Under the pieces are notes generated by a model. That model worked only from the letters and a program-made list of their open reading frames with translations. It was not told where the DNA came from and made no database searches. Both the position numbers and the translations under genes were made by a program. 64,000 bases of DNA from the human T2T-CHM13v2.0 reference genome, Homo sapiens, in the NCBI RefSeq assembly GCF_009914755.1, contig NC_060948.1; one strand, 5' to 3'. Numbering within the stretch: position 1 is the stretch's first letter; each line of letters opens with the position of its first letter. Positions 56,367-64,000 of this stretch are shown here, one piece after another.

Positions 56367-57302
56367 ATGCCATCTTACTGGTAAACTTCTACATTGATCT
56401 TCTATTCGTTGTTAAAAAAACATAAAATATTAGTCAATCATCACTTGCTCTATTCTTATCCATTTCTAGGACATGCATCCACCACGGCTGTTTCAGGCAT
56501 TTCTATTTAAAGTGCTGTGAATGTCTCCTGAACTCTTACCATTGGTTCCTTTAGAATATATACTTCTTTGTGTTGAATGCGGCTGATGATGGTTATAAAA
56601 TGAGTGCCTTCTCTCATGTCTGTCTTTGTTTTTTTTTTTTTTTAGACTTTTTTGTCTTTAGAAATGTGAATCTATTAGTTACTTCCCCATTACTCTGAAG
56701 GATGCTAGTATCAGAATTGGTACTCATTTCTAATCGTCTGATTCTCCTAAGGCCAACTCAATTCACATGTTAACCACTTTATATTTCTTTATTGTGCTTA
56801 GTGAAAGAAAGCTTATCAAAACTAAAACAAAAGAAAGAATCGTATACTTATTAGTATAAGGTTTCATCTATTTTCTTTATTCAAAAGAAAAAATTAAAAA
56901 CCTAAACAATTTCTCCATGATTCTAACATTTTCTCTAAAAATTATAACATTACTCTTCACAGAATTCCACCATACACTTGTTTACAAAGATTACCAAACA
57001 TTTTCCCTGCTTAGCTAATAACTCCAGAAGATTTATCTTTTTCACTATGCTTTTTTTGTTTGATCACGGAAGAGTTTATGACTGTCCTTCATAATGAGAG
57101 CATAACATATCTCAGTGTCAAATGCACTTAATTTTATCTTGTATGTAATATAAACAATTCACTATCTGTAGCACTTTAGGTGAACGCTGGATTAGTTGAA
57201 ATAGCAGCACATATACTACAACTATTATTTACCCATTTATTTTGCCACCTATATGGCAAGAGTTTTTAGGAAAGATTGTTACAGAATATAGAAGACAGAA
57301 TA

Positions 57303-57339
57303 TGTGTGTGTGTGTGTGTGTGTGTGAGAGTGTGTGTGT
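57303..57339. repeat. (TG)n microsatellite, interrupted
   Basis: TG run with an internal AGAG interruption. Confidence 0.95.
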
Positions 57340-59088
57340 ATTCTCTTATAATATATACCCATATTTTCTTATTATTAAGCTTATACATATCAAGACAAAT
57401 TCCCTTAGTCCCTGGAATTCCTAATATGGGATATACCCAGTAAGAAGAGTGAGAAGGCAAGGCAGCATGGATTAAGTAGGACACCAATATTCACAAAGTG
57501 AGGAAAAGAGAATGTGCCAATGAAAAAAAATGGAAAAGAAATATTCAAAGAAGTAAAAATCTAAGATAACGACATAGAAGCTAAAAGAGAAAATAGTTTC
57601 AAAAAGATGAAGTGGTATATTAGTCTGTTCTCATGCTGCAATAAAGAACTGCTTGAGATTGGGTAATTTATAAGGAAAGAGGTTTAATTGACTCACAGTT
57701 CTGCACAGCTGGGGAAGCCTCAGGAAACCTACAATCATGGCAGAAGGGGGGAGCAAAAACAGCCTTCTTCAAATGACGGTGGGAAGGAGAAGTGCTAAGC
57801 AAAGGTGGAAAAATCCCATATAAAACCATCAGATTTTGTAAGAACTCACTATCATGAGAACAGCAGCATGGGGGTAACCACCACCATGACTCAATTACCT
57901 CCCACCAAGTTTCTCCCATAACACGTGGGGATTATGGAAACTACAATTCAAGATGATATTTGGGTGGAGACGCAGACAAACCATATTATTTCATCCCTGG
58001 CCCCTCCCAATCTCGTGTTCTTGCAATTTAAAACACAAACATGCTTTTCCAACAGTCCTCCAAAGTCTTAACTCATTCCAGCATTCACCCAAACGTCCAA
58101 GTCCCGAGTTTCATCTGAGACAAGGCAAGTCCCTTCCACCTATGAGCCTGCAAAATCAAAAGCAAGTTTGTTACTTCCTAGATACAATTCAGGTACAGCA
58201 TTGGTAAAATGCACTTTCTCCAAGTGGGAGAAATTGGCCAAAACAAAGGGGTCACAGGCCCCATGCATGTTTGAAATTCATTAGGGTAGTCATTAAACCC
58301 TAAAGCTACAAAATGATATTTTTTTACTTCATGTCTCACATCCAGTTCATGCTGATGCAAGAGGTGGGCTCCCACTGCCTTGGGCAGCTTCACCCCTGTG
58401 GCTTTTCAGGATACAGCCCCCTTCCTAGCTGCTTTCATGGTCTGGTGTTGAGTGCCTGCAGCTTTTTCAGGTGCACAGTGCAAGCTGTCAGTGGGTCTAC
58501 CATTCTGGGGTCTGGAGGATGGTGGACCCCTTCTCACAGCTCCACTAGGCAGTGCCCCAGTGGGGACTCTGTGTGGGGGCTCCAACCCTACATTTTTCTT
58601 CCTCACTGTCCTAGAAGAGATTCACCATGAGGGCTCTGCCCCTGCAGCAAACTTCTGCCTGGACAGTCAGGCATTTTCATACATCCTCTGAAATCTAGGC
58701 AGAGGTTGCCAAACCTCAATTCTTGTCTTCTGCACACCTGCAGGATCAACACCATGTGGAAGCTGCCAAGGCTTGGGGCTGAAGCAATGGCCCGAGCTAT
58801 ACCTTGGCCCCCTTTAGCCATGGCTGGAGCTGAAGCATCTGGGATGCACAGCACCATGTCCCTAGGCTACGCAAAGCAGGAGGGTCCTGGGCTAGGTCCA
58901 GGAAAGCATTTTTACCTTTTAGACCTTCAGGCTTGTGATGGGAGGGGCTGCCATGAAGGTCTCTGAAATGCTCTGGAAACATTTTTTCCATTGTCTTGCT
59001 AGTTAACATTTGACTCTCTGTTATTAATGCAATTTTCTTCAGTGGGATTGAATTTATCCCCAGAAAATGTTTTTATTTTCTGTCATAT

Positions 59089-60069
59089 TGAGAGGTGACA
59101 ATGTGCTAGCAGCCCTCACTCTCGGCACCTCCTCGGCCTCGGCGTCCACTCTGGCTGCACTCGAGGAGCCCTTCAGCCTGCTGCTGCATCTGGTGGAGGC
59201 CTTTGAGGCTGGCTGAGTCTGGAGCCAGCTCCCTCTGCTTGCCGTGAGGTGGGGAGGGAGAGGCGTGGGCAGGAGCGGGGCTGTGTGCCGCGCTCGCAGA
59301 CCAGTGTGGGTTCCAGGTGGGCACGGGCTTGGTGGGCCCTGCACTCAGGAAGGCCGGCCGGTGACTGCTGGGCTTGACTGGGGGATGAGCTCCCTCTGGG
59401 CTGCCAGAGTGCCTGGGCTAGGTGCCGCAAAGACCCATGGTGAGTGCCATTGAAAAGTGAAGCCAAGGTTTATAAATGCACCAATCAGTGCTCTGTGTCT
59501 AGCTAATCTAGTGGTGACTTGGAGAACTTTTCTGTCTAGCTAAAGGATTGTAAACGCACCAATCAGCACTCTGTGTCTAGCTAAAGGTTTGTAAATGCAT
59601 CAATCAGTGCTCTGTGTCTAGCTAATCTGGTGGGGACTTGGAGAACTTTTGTGTCTAGCTAAAGGATTGTAAACGCACCAATCAGCTCTCTGTAAAACGG
59701 ACCAATCAGCTCTCTGTAATATGGACCAATCAGCAGGATGTGGGTGGGCCAGATAAGGGAATAAAAGCAGACCATCCGAGCCAGCAGTGGCAACCTGCTT
59801 AGGTCCCCTTCCACACTGTGGAAGCTTTGTTCTTTTGCTCTTCGCAGTCAATCTTGCTGCTGCTAACTCTTTTGGTCTGTGCCACCTTTATGAACTGTAA
59901 TGCTCACCGCAAAAGTCTGCAGCTTCACTCCTGAGGCCAGCGAGACCACAAACCCACCGGAAGGAATGAGCAACTCCAGATGCACTTAAGAGCTGTAACA
60001 CTCACTGAGGGGGTCCGCAGCTTCATTCTTGAAGTCAGCAAGACCAAGAACCCACCAATTCCACACACA
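59089..60069 (+). mobile_element. ERV9 solo LTR (LTR12B/D-like) inserted in THE1-int
   Basis: TGAGAGGTGACAA...CCACCAATTCC...ACA; tandem CCAATCAG repeats; 4-bp TSD ATAT (59085-59088 / 60070-60073). Confidence 0.95.
59465..59770 (+). promoter_or_regulatory. LTR12 U3 enhancer/promoter array
   Basis: Intact CCAAT boxes at 59481, 59559, 59678, 59702 and 59726; AGATAA at 59751; AATAAAA TATA-like box at 59760. Confidence 0.75.
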
Positions 60070-61304
60070 ATATCATCAGGCTACAATTTTTCAAATTTTT
60101 ATGCTGTGCTTCCTATTGAATGCTTTGCCACTTAGAAATTTCTTTCAGCAGTTACCCTAAATGATCTCTCTCAAGTTCAAAGTTCCATAGATCCCTAGGG
60201 CAGGGGCAAAATGCCACCAGTCTTTTTGCTAAAGAATAGCAAGAATCACCTTTATTTCAGTTCCCAGGAAGTTCCTCATCTCCATCTGAGATCCTCTCAG
60301 CCTGGACTTCATTGTCCATATCACTATCAGCATTTAGTGAAAGCCATTCAACAAGTCTCCAGGAAGTTCCAAACTTTCCCACATTTTTCTCTATTCTGAG
60401 CTGTCAAAGTTATTACAACCTCTGTCTGTTACCCAGCTTCAGAGTTGCTTCCACATTTTCAGTTATCCTTACAGCAGAGCCCCACTACCTCCTAGTACCA
60501 ATTTACTGTGTTCATTTATTCTTATGCTGCTATAAAGAAATGCCCATGACTGGGTAATTTATAAAGGAAAGAGGTTTAATTGGCTCACAGTTCAGCATGG
60601 CTTGGGCGGCCTCAGGAAACTTACGATCATAGCGGAAGGGGAAGCAAACACATCCTTCTTCACATGATTGCAGGAAGGAGAAGCGCCAAAGACCCTTATA
60701 AAACCATCAGATCTCATGAGAACTCACTCACTGTCACAGCAGCATGGGGGTAACTGCCCCCATAATTCAATTACCTTCCACCAGGTCCCTCCCACAACAT
60801 GTGGGAGTTATGGGAACTACAATTCAAGATGAGATTTGGGTGGGGATGCAGCAAAATTATATCAAGTGGTCAATAATGTCAAATGCTGCAGAAAGTCTCA
60901 GTAATATCAAGTTTAAAAACAAGGCACAGAATTTGGCATAAATAGTACTTTAGTGTCCTTGCTGATATAAGTTTCTTCTTGTGGGTATGAATGAAATTCA
61001 TTTATATTGCCAACAACACTACCTCAAATAATTCCTAAAGTCTCTTTTTGAAAATTCATTTAAATTGGTTCTCCTATTTAAAAAGCCAGATAAATTTAAA
61101 CATAAATATCCCACACTGCATGTTACAACAAGCTGAAGGCCCAGAATCAAATAATATTCTCTTCTGATTGAGCTTCATAGAAGAATGTAAAACAAATCAA
61201 CTTTTTTTTTCTTTACTGCTATTTGTTAATCTGTGCATGGTACTCAAAATTGTTTAGAAACAGGCAGATTGGACCAATGCTAGGAACTTCCAAAAATGAT
61301 GTAA

Positions 61305-61520
61305 GGTTGAGTAACTCATAGTAAACAATAACTTGGTTGTACATTTAAAGACAACTAAAAGAGTGTAATCATATTATTTGCAACTCAAAGGATAAATGCT
61401 TGAGGAGATGGATATCCAATTCACTATGATGTAATTATTTCACTTTGCATGCCTGTTTCAAAACATTTCATGTATGCCATAAATATATACACCTACAGTG
61501 TATTCACTAAAATTAGAAAA
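61305..61520 (+). mobile_element. L1MA2-like 3' end
   Basis: CAAAGGATAAATGCTTGAGG...TGCATGCCTGTTTCAAAACAT...CCATAAATATATACACCTAC. Confidence 0.85.
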
Positions 61521-61564
61521 TAGGAAACTAAGCAAAACAAAACAAAACAAAAACTTGTGTTTGC

Positions 61565-64000
<2,436 letters not shown>

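Larger units (their letters stand above)
57616..60864 (-). mobile_element. Full-length THE1 (THE1C/D-like) MaLR provirus: LTRs 57616-57988 and 60507-60864 with internal region
   Basis: Two LTRs, THE1-int between them, perfect 5-bp TSD AGTGG (57611-57615 / 60865-60869). Confidence 0.95.

Noticed and set aside
59465-59735. Repeat array with conserved CACCAATCAG units
   Set aside because: It is the standard LTR12 U3 tandem enhancer repeat, not a new array.

Overview
AT-rich hominoid (human or great-ape type) genomic DNA, about two-thirds transposable-element remnants. An SVA, several Alus, primate L1PA/L1PB elements and THE1/LTR12/LTR7 LTRs fix the lineage. I found no intact protein-coding gene, RNA gene or CRISPR array, and every long ORF in the track comes from L1, Tigger1, THE1, Alu or SVA. 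I cannot support a new multi-gene biological system here. The notable signals are mechanistic footprints: (1) a dense A>G cluster in the SVA that may record RNA editing before retrotransposition; (2) a short SVA 3' transduction; (3) a 176-bp locally templated insertion into an L1 3'UTR; (4) a roughly 25-bp young AluY with a perfect TSD; (5) a strong plus-strand L1 bias together with minus-strand exon candidates, one with a perfect 42-bp duplication that copies its splice donor; and (6) deep nested insertions (Tigger1 > SVA/Alu/L1PB > AluSg; THE1 > LTR12). Subfamily names come from recalled consensus sequences and need RepeatMasker/Dfam confirmation.
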